Under the pieces are notes generated by a model that saw only the letters and a list, made by a program, of their open reading frames with translations, did no database searches and was not told the origin of the DNA. Shown piece by piece: positions 8,657-16,804 of a stretch of 59,226 nt of DNA. The stretch is from assembly GCA_017883585.1 (NCBI GenBank), contig JADGNG010000010.1, positions 1-59,226 on the forward strand, written 5' to 3'. Positions within the stretch are counted from its first letter, which is position 1; every line of letters begins with the position of its first letter. The stretch is from Candidatus Bathyarchaeota archaeon. GTDB taxonomy: Archaea; Thermoproteota; Bathyarchaeia; TCS64. The position numbers and the translations under genes were made by a program.

Positions 8657-11074
8657 CTACTGCTGATAGGGGTTCGCCCTTTTGCTCCTGAAGACCGCGA
8701 GGGCTATCACCACGAGGAGGACGATGCCTATAGCGTAGCCGAGGAGCTGCATGTTCGCGTTCCCGCGGGAGACGACGAGCAGTAGCGGCGCGATGAGGAG
8801 CGAAACAAGGTTTACGACCTTGATCATCGGGTTGAGGGCTGGTCCTGCCGTGTCCTTCAGTGGGTCCCCTACCGTGTCGCCGATGACGGTCGCTTTATGC
8901 CTCTCGGAGCGCTTACCGGTGTTTTTCTCCGGGTCGCTGGGTTCTCCCTCGATCTGCTTCTTGGCGTTGTCCCATGCACCTCCAGCGTTCGCCATGAAGA
9001 CCGCCAGCAGCTGACCGCTGACGATGATCCCAGCGAGGAACCCGCCCAGTGCGAGGTCGCCGATCAGCAGGCCCACGACGATTGGCATCAGGACGGCCAG
9101 CAAGGCGACGCTGATGAGCTCGCTCTGTGCTGCCTGCGTGCAGATCGTGACGACGGCGCCGTAGTTGGGCTTGACCTTGCCCTCCATGACGCCGGGTATG
9201 TGGAACTGCTTGCGAACCTCCTCGACTATGAGGGAGGCGGCCCTCTGGACCGCACGCAATAGCACTGAACTGAATAGGAAGGGCAGCGCGCCACCGATCA
9301 GGATGCCTATGAAGACGCGCGGGTCGGCTAGGTCGAGGATGATCCGTGTGGCTCCAGATCCCTGGAGCGTCTCGAGGTATGAGCTGAAGAGGCTGACGGC
9401 AGCGATGACGGCGGAGGCTATTGCGATACCCTTGGTGATCGCCTTCGTGGTGTTACCCGTAGCGTCCAGCTCGGAGAGGGTTCTCTGCCCCTCCTCGCTG
9501 TCGAAGTCTTCCTTGCACATCTCGGCGATGCCACCCGCGTTGTCTGAGATAGGGCCGAAGGCGTCCATGGCGAGATTGTTGCCCGTGTGGCTGAGCATAC
9601 CGATGCCGCTGAGGGCGATGGAGTAGGTGATAAAGAGGACGGCGCTGGTGTCGGGCACCTTGAAGCTGGTGAAGATGATGCCGAGCACGATGACGGCAAC
9701 GGCTCCGAAGACGCCTAGCTCGACCTTCTTGGAGCGCTTAGCGAGTAAGTAGCCGATGACGAGCGCCGCGACGCCGACGATTATCATCGTCGTGGTGATC
9801 GCAGCCGCTGGGAATGTGAAGGAGTAAATAGAGATCGAGAGGATTATAGACACAACTATGATGAGCAATGCCCAAACTGTGCTCTCATAGCCCAGTGCTA
9901 GGCCGCTCAGGATGACCAGGGCGGGTCCGGATTTTGCGGAGTTGACTATATCGTTTACGGCAGCAGAACCCCGCTCCGTGAAGGCACCTGTATACTTGTT
10001 GAAGGCGATGGCGAGCAGTATACCCGTCGCCGTCGCGGAAAAGAGCCTGAGATCCTGGGCGTAGAACCAGGATAGCAGGAAGAAGGACGTTATAGAGATC
10101 ACTGATGATACGTCGTAACTGATGTCCATGGCCCGGAAAGCGTCCTCCTTCACCGGCCAGAGCGCGACAGTGTAGGTTCCGATTATTGAGCTGAAGACGC
10201 CTATTGCACGAACCAGCATCGGGAAGACTATCCACTTAAGGCTGTGAGCCGGGTCGACCTGCATGACGGCCAGGCCGAGGATCATCGCGGAGACGATGGT
10301 GACCTCGTAGGACTCGAATACGTCCTCCGCCATCCCGCTGAAATCCCCGACATTGTCGCCGACGAGGTCGGCGATCGTCGCCGCGTTCCTCGGGTCGTCC
10401 TCGGGTATACCTTGCTCGACCTTCCCTACAAGGTCTGCGCCTATGTCCGCTGCCTTAGTGTATATGCCACCGCCGACACGCATGAACATGGCGAGGATGG
10501 TACCACCGAAGCCGAAGCCGAGTAGTACCTCGGGGGCGTGGGTCCCGTAGAGGAGCAGTATGGTTGTACCGCCGAGCAGCCCAAGTCCATCGGCTAGCAT
10601 GCCCGCAATAGTCCCCGCGTGGTAAGCCACCTTGAGGGCCTCCTTGAAGGAGCCCTTACGGGCCTTCTGGGCGACGCGTACATTGGCACGGGTGCCGATG
10701 TACCTGAGGCCGATCTGCCCGATGGCTAGTGAGCAGGCAGCACCGAAGAGCAACGCAACGCCTCGCCCGATGGAGATTTCCAATGGCGAACTCGCAAAGT
10801 AGCCCGTCAGGAACATAGCGAACGCTAGGATGATGGCGATGGGTATGACGACGGACATCTGCTTGTTGAGGTAGGCGATCGCCCCCTCCCTGATGGCGCC
10901 TGAGACCTCCTGCATCTTGGGAGTCCCAGGGTCCTCCTTGAGGACCCTACGGGCCAAGAACCAGGCGTAGAATAGTGCCGCTATTCCGGTGAGAACGACA
11001 GTGATCAGACCTACTTGTTCGAAGAGGCTGATTCCGGGAGTAACAAGGATCGATTCCATTCTTACATTCATCAC
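8657..11074 (-). CDS. hppA: Membrane-bound H+-translocating pyrophosphatase, K+-independent type
   Basis: Hallmark motifs GDTVGDPLKDTAGPALNPMIKV and DLVGDNVGD in a polytopic 805-aa protein. GNTTKAITKG carries Lys at the A/K position associated with K+ independence. ATG at 11071 is an alternative to the GTG at 11074. Confidence 0.95.
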   Translation of the reverse strand: MMNVRMESILVTPGISLFEQVGLITVVLTGIAALFYAWFLARRVLKEDPGTPKMQEVSGAIREGAIAYLNKQMSVVIPIAIILAFAMFLTGYFASSPLEISIGRGVALLFGAACSLAIGQIGLRYIGTRANVRVAQKARKGSFKEALKVAYHAGTIAGMLADGLGLLGGTTILLLYGTHAPEVLLGFGFGGTILAMFMRVGGGIYTKAADIGADLVGKVEQGIPEDDPRNAATIADLVGDNVGDFSGMAEDVFESYEVTIVSAMILGLAVMQVDPAHSLKWIVFPMLVRAIGVFSSIIGTYTVALWPVKEDAFRAMDISYDVSSVISITSFFLLSWFYAQDLRLFSATATGILLAIAFNKYTGAFTERGSAAVNDIVNSAKSGPALVILSGLALGYESTVWALLIIVVSIILSISIYSFTFPAAAITTTMIIVGVAALVIGYLLAKRSKKVELGVFGAVAVIVLGIIFTSFKVPDTSAVLFITYSIALSGIGMLSHTGNNLAMDAFGPISDNAGGIAEMCKEDFDSEEGQRTLSELDATGNTTKAITKGIAIASAVIAAVSLFSSYLETLQGSGATRIILDLADPRVFIGILIGGALPFLFSSVLLRAVQRAASLIVEEVRKQFHIPGVMEGKVKPNYGAVVTICTQAAQSELISVALLAVLMPIVVGLLIGDLALGGFLAGIIVSGQLLAVFMANAGGAWDNAKKQIEGEPSDPEKNTGKRSERHKATVIGDTVGDPLKDTAGPALNPMIKVVNLVSLLIAPLLLVVSRGNANMQLLGYAIGIVLLVVIALAVFRSKRANPYQQ

Positions 11075-11202
11075 TTCCAGGCGGAGAGCCTAAGGTCCTT
11101 CTGACACTGCAGAGCGAGAAGCGCCAACGTAAAGGCGACAGCGAAATCTCTCTGACTGTAATGGGTTGGGACCGTAGCCAACTCCGACACACCTAGACGC
11201 CT

Positions 11203-11340
11203 GAAATTGCTCTCATTGGTTATTAATTTTACCTATGTGCGTGTATTAAAAATTCAATGAAAGCGTCGAAAAAAACTAAAATTATCAAACATTTGTCCTT
11301 GTAGGCTTATCGGTCTCGGCTACCCAGAATAATTATCTAC
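11203..11340. promoter_or_regulatory. AT-rich divergent promoter region between hppA and sucC
   Basis: This is the only AT-rich stretch in a 300-bp spacer. It holds TATA-like elements TTATTAATTTTACC, GTATTAAAAATT and AATAATTATC. The last lies about 40 nt upstream of the sucC TTG start. Confidence 0.4.
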
Positions 11341-11376
11341 TCCCAGCCGGATCACATCCAACGTCAAGGTGATTCG

Positions 11377-12519
11377 TTGAAGCTCCTGGAGTACGAGGCA
11401 AAGGAAGTCTTCAGGCGATACGGGATCCCGCTCGGGTTGAGCGCCGTCGCCGCGAGGCCGGAGGAGGCTAGGGACGCCTCGATGATGATCGGCAGACCAG
11501 TCGTCGTGAAAGCCCAGGTAGGTGTCGGCGGCAGGGGAAAGGCGGGAGGGATCAAACCCGCAGACACCCCCTCTGAGGCGGAGGAGGCCGCGAGGCAGAT
11601 ATTCACCATGAGGATCAAGGACCTCCCCGTCCGGAAGGTCCTCGTCGAGGAGCGGCTAATCATACAGCACGAGATCTACCTCGGGGTCATCGTGGACAGG
11701 GCGGCGAAGTGCTACACGGTCCTCGCTTCAAGCGAGGGGGGGATGAACATCGAGGACATCGCCTCGAAGAGCCCGGAAAAGATAGTAAGGTACCCCGTCG
11801 ACCCCCTTAAGGGGATGAGGAGCTACCACGCTAACACCGTCGCGAAGCGCCTCGGCTACACAGGGAAGAAGCTACAGCAACTATCGGACATCGTCCAGAG
11901 GCTCTACAGAGTCACCTATGAGATGGACGCGGAGCTCACCGAAATCAACCCACTCGTCCAGTCGGCGGATGGGTTCATCGCAGCGGACGCGCGCCTCAAC
12001 GTAGACAACAACGCTCTATACAGGCACAAGGAGCTTGAGGCAAAGTACCTGGAGAGCTTTGAGGGGGAGCTGACGCCCCGGGAGATGGAGGCGCGGACTA
12101 TGGACCTCACCTACGTCGAGCTCAACGGCGACATCGGGATAATCGGCAACGGCGCAGGGCTCACGATGGCGACTCTCGACACCGTCATGCTCTACGGCGG
12201 CCACGCAAGGAACTTCCTCGACCTCGGTGGAGGCGCGACTCCCGACCGCATCGGGAAGGCGGTCGAGTTCGTCCTCAAGGACGGGAGAGTCAAGGCGCTC
12301 TTCGTCAACGTCCTCGGCGGCATCACCCGCTGCGACGATACTGCTAAAGGAATCATCGAGGCGCGGAAGAAGCTGGGCGACAACAAGCCTATCGTCGTCC
12401 GTATGATGGGCACGAACGAGGAGGGGGGAAAGAGACTACTCCACAGCGCCGGTATTGAGACAAACGACACGATGGAGGAGGCAGCGCAGAAAGCCGTTAA
12501 CCTCGCAAAGGAGGCATAA
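11377..12519 (+). CDS. sucC: Succinyl-CoA synthetase beta subunit (ADP-forming)
   Basis: N-terminal ATP-grasp MKLLEYEAKEVFRRYGIP. Full-length similarity pattern, 380 aa. sucD follows 2 nt downstream. Confidence 0.92.
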   Translation: MKLLEYEAKEVFRRYGIPLGLSAVAARPEEARDASMMIGRPVVVKAQVGVGGRGKAGGIKPADTPSEAEEAARQIFTMRIKDLPVRKVLVEERLIIQHEIYLGVIVDRAAKCYTVLASSEGGMNIEDIASKSPEKIVRYPVDPLKGMRSYHANTVAKRLGYTGKKLQQLSDIVQRLYRVTYEMDAELTEINPLVQSADGFIAADARLNVDNNALYRHKELEAKYLESFEGELTPREMEARTMDLTYVELNGDIGIIGNGAGLTMATLDTVMLYGGHARNFLDLGGGATPDRIGKAVEFVLKDGRVKALFVNVLGGITRCDDTAKGIIEARKKLGDNKPIVVRMMGTNEEGGKRLLHSAGIETNDTMEEAAQKAVNLAKEA

Positions 12520-12521
12520 AT

Positions 12522-13391
12522 ATGAAGCTCATAAACAGGGACACAAAGGTCGTCGTTCAGGGCATAACGGGGACACAAGGCAAGTTCCACACCGCGAGGA
12601 TGAAAGAATACGGTACGAAGGTCGTGGCCGGCGTCACACCGGGGCGTGGGGGGCAGGACGTCGACGGGACCCCAGTCTTCGACACAATCATTGAAGCAAA
12701 GGAGAGGAGCGGATGCGATGCCTCGGTTATCTTCGTCCCCGCCCCCGGTGCTCTCGACGCAGCACTCGAGGCCATGGAGGCGGGTATGGACCCAGTTGTC
12801 GTCATAACGGAGGGGATACCCGTCCGGGACACCATTGAAATGGTTGCAAGGGCTAGGCAGACCGGCACTACGGTCGTCGGCCCCAACACCCCCGGCCTCA
12901 TAAAGGCGGGCGAGTCCAAAATGGGCATAATGCCAAACCAGGTCTTCAAGGCCGGTGTCGTCGGCATAATCAGCAGGAGCGGCACCCTCTTCTATGAGAT
13001 AGCCGCCCACGTCACGAACCAGGGACTCGGGGAGTCCACTTGCGTCGGCCTCGGTGGCGACCCAGTCGTCGGCCTTGACTACATAGAGCTACTCAAATGG
13101 TTCCAGAAGGACCTAGAGACGAAAGCGGTAGCCCTCATCGGGGAGATAGGCGGCAACGCCGAGGAGAAAGCCGCTGACTTCATTGCATCGGGAGGCTTCA
13201 CTAAGCCCGTCGCTGCCTATATCGCTGGGCGCTCAGCCATACCTGGGAAGAGAATGGGCCACGCGGGCGCAATAATCCAGGGCTCAACTGGCACAGCGGA
13301 CAGCAAGATGAACGCCCTCAGAGGGGCGGGTGCGGCAATCGGCGAGCAACCAGTTGACGTCGCCAAGGCGCTGAAGAAGGTCCTAGGCTAG
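12522..13391 (+). CDS. sucD: Succinyl-CoA synthetase alpha subunit
   Basis: CoA-binding N-terminus VVVQGITGTQG and phosphohistidine loop GKRMGHAGAII. 289 aa. Confidence 0.94.
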   Translation: MKLINRDTKVVVQGITGTQGKFHTARMKEYGTKVVAGVTPGRGGQDVDGTPVFDTIIEAKERSGCDASVIFVPAPGALDAALEAMEAGMDPVVVITEGIPVRDTIEMVARARQTGTTVVGPNTPGLIKAGESKMGIMPNQVFKAGVVGIISRSGTLFYEIAAHVTNQGLGESTCVGLGGDPVVGLDYIELLKWFQKDLETKAVALIGEIGGNAEEKAADFIASGGFTKPVAAYIAGRSAIPGKRMGHAGAIIQGSTGTADSKMNALRGAGAAIGEQPVDVAKALKKVLG

Positions 13392-13915
13392 CCCTCATCC
13401 ATAAGGGCGAGGAGATTGTCCAGCATCCTGTAGGTTAGACCCCAGACGATGTCGTCACCAAGCTTGAAGACCTCCCCCTCCCACCCCTTCACCTTCTCCG
13501 TCGTCCTGCTCGCCCTGAGTTCCTTCAGGTGGACCCAGCGGTAGGCAGTAAGCTCGGAGTTGAGCCTGATCTCGGGCCTCCCCTCGTAGAGGTAGACTAT
13601 TGGAAGCACGTCCCTTTCGGGCTTCATCGAGGAGAAGAGGACTGGCAGCGCTCCGATGTACCTGAGTGCGTCGAGGTCGATTCCCGTCTCCTCGCTGACC
13701 TCTCGCACGACGGTGTCCCTGAGGGTCTTATCCTGTGGCACCTTCTTCCCCCCGGGGAATGCCATGTCCCCCGACCACGGGTCCCCTGGCACGACGGCCC
13801 TCCTGACGAGGAGCGTTTCGTAGTCGTCCTCCTCCTCCCTGAGCAGGATGGCGACGGCTGCCCACGCGTCGAGCGCCTCGACGCCGCGCAGCCTACGCTT
13901 CAGTCTCTCGATCAA
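13388..13915 (-). CDS. NUDIX hydrolase, CoA pyrophosphatase-like
   Basis: Nudix box GGKKVPQDKTLRDTVVREVSEETGI. It is preceded by LLVRRAVVPGDPWSGDMAFPGG, which resembles the CoA-type NuCoA motif. Confidence 0.82.
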   Translation of the reverse strand: MIERLKRRLRGVEALDAWAAVAILLREEEDDYETLLVRRAVVPGDPWSGDMAFPGGKKVPQDKTLRDTVVREVSEETGIDLDALRYIGALPVLFSSMKPERDVLPIVYLYEGRPEIRLNSELTAYRWVHLKELRASRTTEKVKGWEGEVFKLGDDIVWGLTYRMLDNLLALMDEG

Positions 13916-14028
13916 GGGTGACCACTCCGAGTGAAACTGTCGAGGGGGTTAAAATACTAATTGCTCAATTGTCGAGTGGGGGACAGGGTTTATACATGCT
14001 GCGGGCTGACCCTCACTAGGTTCCATAG

Positions 14029-14883
14029 ATGGATGCGGTTGATGAGGCTCGGAAGACTGAGGAGGCTGAGGCCTTCGTCAGGCGGGTCGAGGAGCTCAAG
14101 CAGCTTAGGGAGCGCATGGAGAGGGTCAGATATAAGGTCGCAGTCATGAGCGGGAAAGGCGGCGTGGGTAAGAGTCTTGTCACCGTCAACTTCGCCGCCG
14201 CCCTCGCAGCCAAAGGAAAGAGGGTCGGCGTTCTGGACGCTGACCTCCACGGCCCCACCGTGCCGAGGATGCTCGGCCTCAAGGGCGCACGCCTCGAAGC
14301 GGGTGAGAACGGTATAGTCGCGCCGACATCCCGATCAGGGATCAAGGTCGCCTCGATGGACTTCCTTCTACCGAGCCAGGACTCGCCAGTCATCTGGCGA
14401 GGCCCCCTCAAGATGGCGGCCATCAGACAGCTGCTCACGGACGTCGACTGGGGCGACCTAGACTACCTCCTCATCGACCTACCGCCCGGTACGGGCGACG
14501 AGTCGCTAACGGTACTCCAGCTACTCCCAGGGATCGACGGTGTCGTGATAGTAACGATGCCAAACGAGGTTAGTGGGCAGGTCGTCGAGAAGTCGATCAG
14601 CTTCGTTCGCCAGCTCAAGGCCCCCGTAGTGGGCGTGATTGAGAACATGAGCTACCTCATCTGCCCCCACTGCGGCGATAGGGTAGCCCTCTTCGGCGAC
14701 GGCGTAGCCGAGCGCGTGGCCTCCGAGATGGGCGTGCCCTTCCTCGGATCAATCCCCCTCGAGCCAAAGATTGCGCAGAACTCGGACTCGGGAACCCCCT
14801 TTGTCTCGGAGAACCCCGACAGCCCCGCGGCGAAGGCCTTTATTAGCATCGTCGCCGAGATAGAAAAGTTCGTGGAGAAATAG
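14029..14883 (+). CDS. Mrp/NBP35/ApbC-family Fe-S cluster carrier ATPase
   Basis: Deviant Walker A VMSGKGGVGKS and the CPHCG cluster-ligand motif. The start is uncertain; an internal Met just before the P-loop is possible. Confidence 0.88.
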   Translation: MDAVDEARKTEEAEAFVRRVEELKQLRERMERVRYKVAVMSGKGGVGKSLVTVNFAAALAAKGKRVGVLDADLHGPTVPRMLGLKGARLEAGENGIVAPTSRSGIKVASMDFLLPSQDSPVIWRGPLKMAAIRQLLTDVDWGDLDYLLIDLPPGTGDESLTVLQLLPGIDGVVIVTMPNEVSGQVVEKSISFVRQLKAPVVGVIENMSYLICPHCGDRVALFGDGVAERVASEMGVPFLGSIPLEPKIAQNSDSGTPFVSENPDSPAAKAFISIVAEIEKFVEK

Positions 14884-14892
14884 AAAACAGGC

Positions 14893-15690
14893 TTAAACGG
14901 CAGGGGCCTCGCCGCCCTCGCCCGGCTTCCAACCCTTGACGTAGCTGATGGTGCTCTTCACAGAGCGGCTGAGGTACCCGAGGTCGGTGTCGAGGGCGCA
15001 GAACCTGAAGCCCCGCTTAATGGCGTCATTGATGTCAGTCGCGTCCTGCGTGACAAAGCAATGCATCCCCGGCGCAACGCCGTGCTCCTTACCCGCGTCA
15101 ACGATCTTGTCAAGGGCCTCGATAAACTTCGGGTTAGTGTACTGCTTATGGATGCCCATATCGAGGCTGAGATCGCTCGGCCCCACGAAGCAGGCATCAA
15201 CACCTTCGACGCTGAATATCTCGTCTAGCTTCTCCACGCCCTTCACCGTCTCTATCATTGGGATGACAAGTATCTCGTCGTTCGCGGTCTTGAAGTAGTC
15301 CGGGTCGCGGAACGCCGCGAGGCGTGGACCTGCGCCCCTCTCGCCCTGTGGGGGGTACTTCATGAGGCGTATGGCCTCCTTCGCCATCTTCGCTGAGTCC
15401 ACGCGGGGCAGCACGAGGCCCATCGCGCCAGCGTCGAGCACCTTCTTGCACCAGATGAGATCGATCCATGGGATGCGCGCCAATGGCATACACTTGTCGC
15501 GCGCGTAAAGCATGCTCTGGACGAGGCTGTGGTAGGTCTCCGGTCCGTAGGCGCTGTGCTCCATATCGCACACGAGCCAGTCGAAACCCATGTCCGCGAG
15601 GTACATCGTCATGTCGGGGTGACCGATACTCACCCAGGTCCCTATCGCGGGCTTGCCGGCCATTAACTTGTGCTTAACCAGATTCCTCAT
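14893..15690 (-). CDS. HpcH/HpaI-family 2-keto-3-deoxy-acid aldolase
   Basis: Family-typical N-terminus GKPAIGTWVSIGHP...DWLVCDMEH, then PMIET and FVGPSDLS blocks. 265 aa. Confidence 0.86.
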   Translation of the reverse strand: MRNLVKHKLMAGKPAIGTWVSIGHPDMTMYLADMGFDWLVCDMEHSAYGPETYHSLVQSMLYARDKCMPLARIPWIDLIWCKKVLDAGAMGLVLPRVDSAKMAKEAIRLMKYPPQGERGAGPRLAAFRDPDYFKTANDEILVIPMIETVKGVEKLDEIFSVEGVDACFVGPSDLSLDMGIHKQYTNPKFIEALDKIVDAGKEHGVAPGMHCFVTQDATDINDAIKRGFRFCALDTDLGYLSRSVKSTISYVKGWKPGEGGEAPAV

Positions 15691-15799
15691 GATATAGAAG
15701 GAGGCGGTCTGTTCTTAATACAGTTGCCCGCTGGACCCTGCCCACTATCGAATGTGAGGCATGTGTTAAATCCGCAGCGCCCAGCTTGAGGAGGCGACG

Positions 15800-16796
15800 G
15801 TGAAGAGCGCACGTCCTTCAGAATTGGAGACATCGAGACTGGGCAGGGGGAGAAGGCAACCGGCTACGTCAAGCTGGCGGAGCAGACCATCGGCATGTCG
15901 TGGTCCCGATGACGATAATCAACAGAGTAAGGAGTGGCCCGAGACTGCTCGTCGAGGCGGGCATACATGGGACCGAGTATCCGGGGATCAAGGCGGCCCA
16001 GATCATCGCCCGGGACATCAAGCCGTCTGAGCTCGCTGGTACGCTGATGATAATCCACTGCGCCAACGTGCCGATGTTCAACGCGAAGACCGCCTTCGTC
16101 AACCCCATAGACGACATAAACATCAACCGGATATTTCCCGGCCAGCCCGTGTCCCCGATATACTATGGGCCGGGGACCATCAGCCACCACATGGTCAACT
16201 TCATCTACGAGAACATCATGAAGAGGGCTACCCACTTCATTGACCTTCACGGCGGCGACCTGCCCGAGCTGTGCCCGTGCTTTGCCGTCTCGACGAAGAC
16301 GGGGGACAACGAGAAGGACGTGGATACGACTGCGATGCTCAGGTACTCGCTCGCCGACTTCGTAACCCTGAGGGCAACCAACCAAGCAATGACAAAGACG
16401 GGCGCCACCTAGCGGGCGAAGATCCCCCATATGCTCATAGAGTCGGGCGGGGGAGGCATTCTGACGCCAGAGAACACGGGCCGCCACGTCAACGCCGTCA
16501 TGAACGTTATGAAGTACCTCAAGATGCTCGAGGGCACGCCGATCGACCCGAGTAACCAGACGCAGCTTGGCGAGCGCGCCGTCGGTGTCAGGGCCACTCG
16601 GGGCGGGTTCTTCACCTACCTCGTGAACGCAGGCGACATTATCGAGGAGGGGCAGCTGATCGGTCAGATAACTGACCCCTTCGGCGTGGTCGTCGAGGAC
16701 ATCAAAGCCCCAATGGGGGGCGCGGTGAACATCATCAACTTCCTCTCGGCGAAGAACACTGGGGACCCACTATTCAGCATCTGCGAGCTACGCTGA
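15800..16796 (+). pseudogene. Succinylglutamate desuccinylase/aspartoacylase (AstE/AspA, M14-like) family gene, decayed
   Basis: Homologous pieces lie in three frames.
- TSFRIGDIETGQGEKATGYVKLAEQTIGMS (frame of 15802) has no start codon of its own.
- VPMTIINRVRSGPRLLVEAGIHGTEYPG...DLHGGD is in the frame of 15900.
- An in-frame TAG at 16410-16412 follows, then RAKIPHMLIESGGGG... continues to the TGA at 16796. Confidence 0.7.
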
Positions 16797-16804
16797 GCGG
16801 GGAG

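Noticed and set aside
12192-13010. Long antisense or alternative-frame ORFs. Examples: 12192..13010(-), 15864..16487(-), 18692..19129(-), 42058..42756(+), 49681..50358(-), 57977..58564(-), 45731..46171(+).
   Set aside because: They lie opposite or inside genes with strong homology. They are Arg/Pro/Gly/Ser/Ala-rich, as expected for off-frame reading of GC-rich coding DNA, and they have no motifs. They are shadow ORFs.
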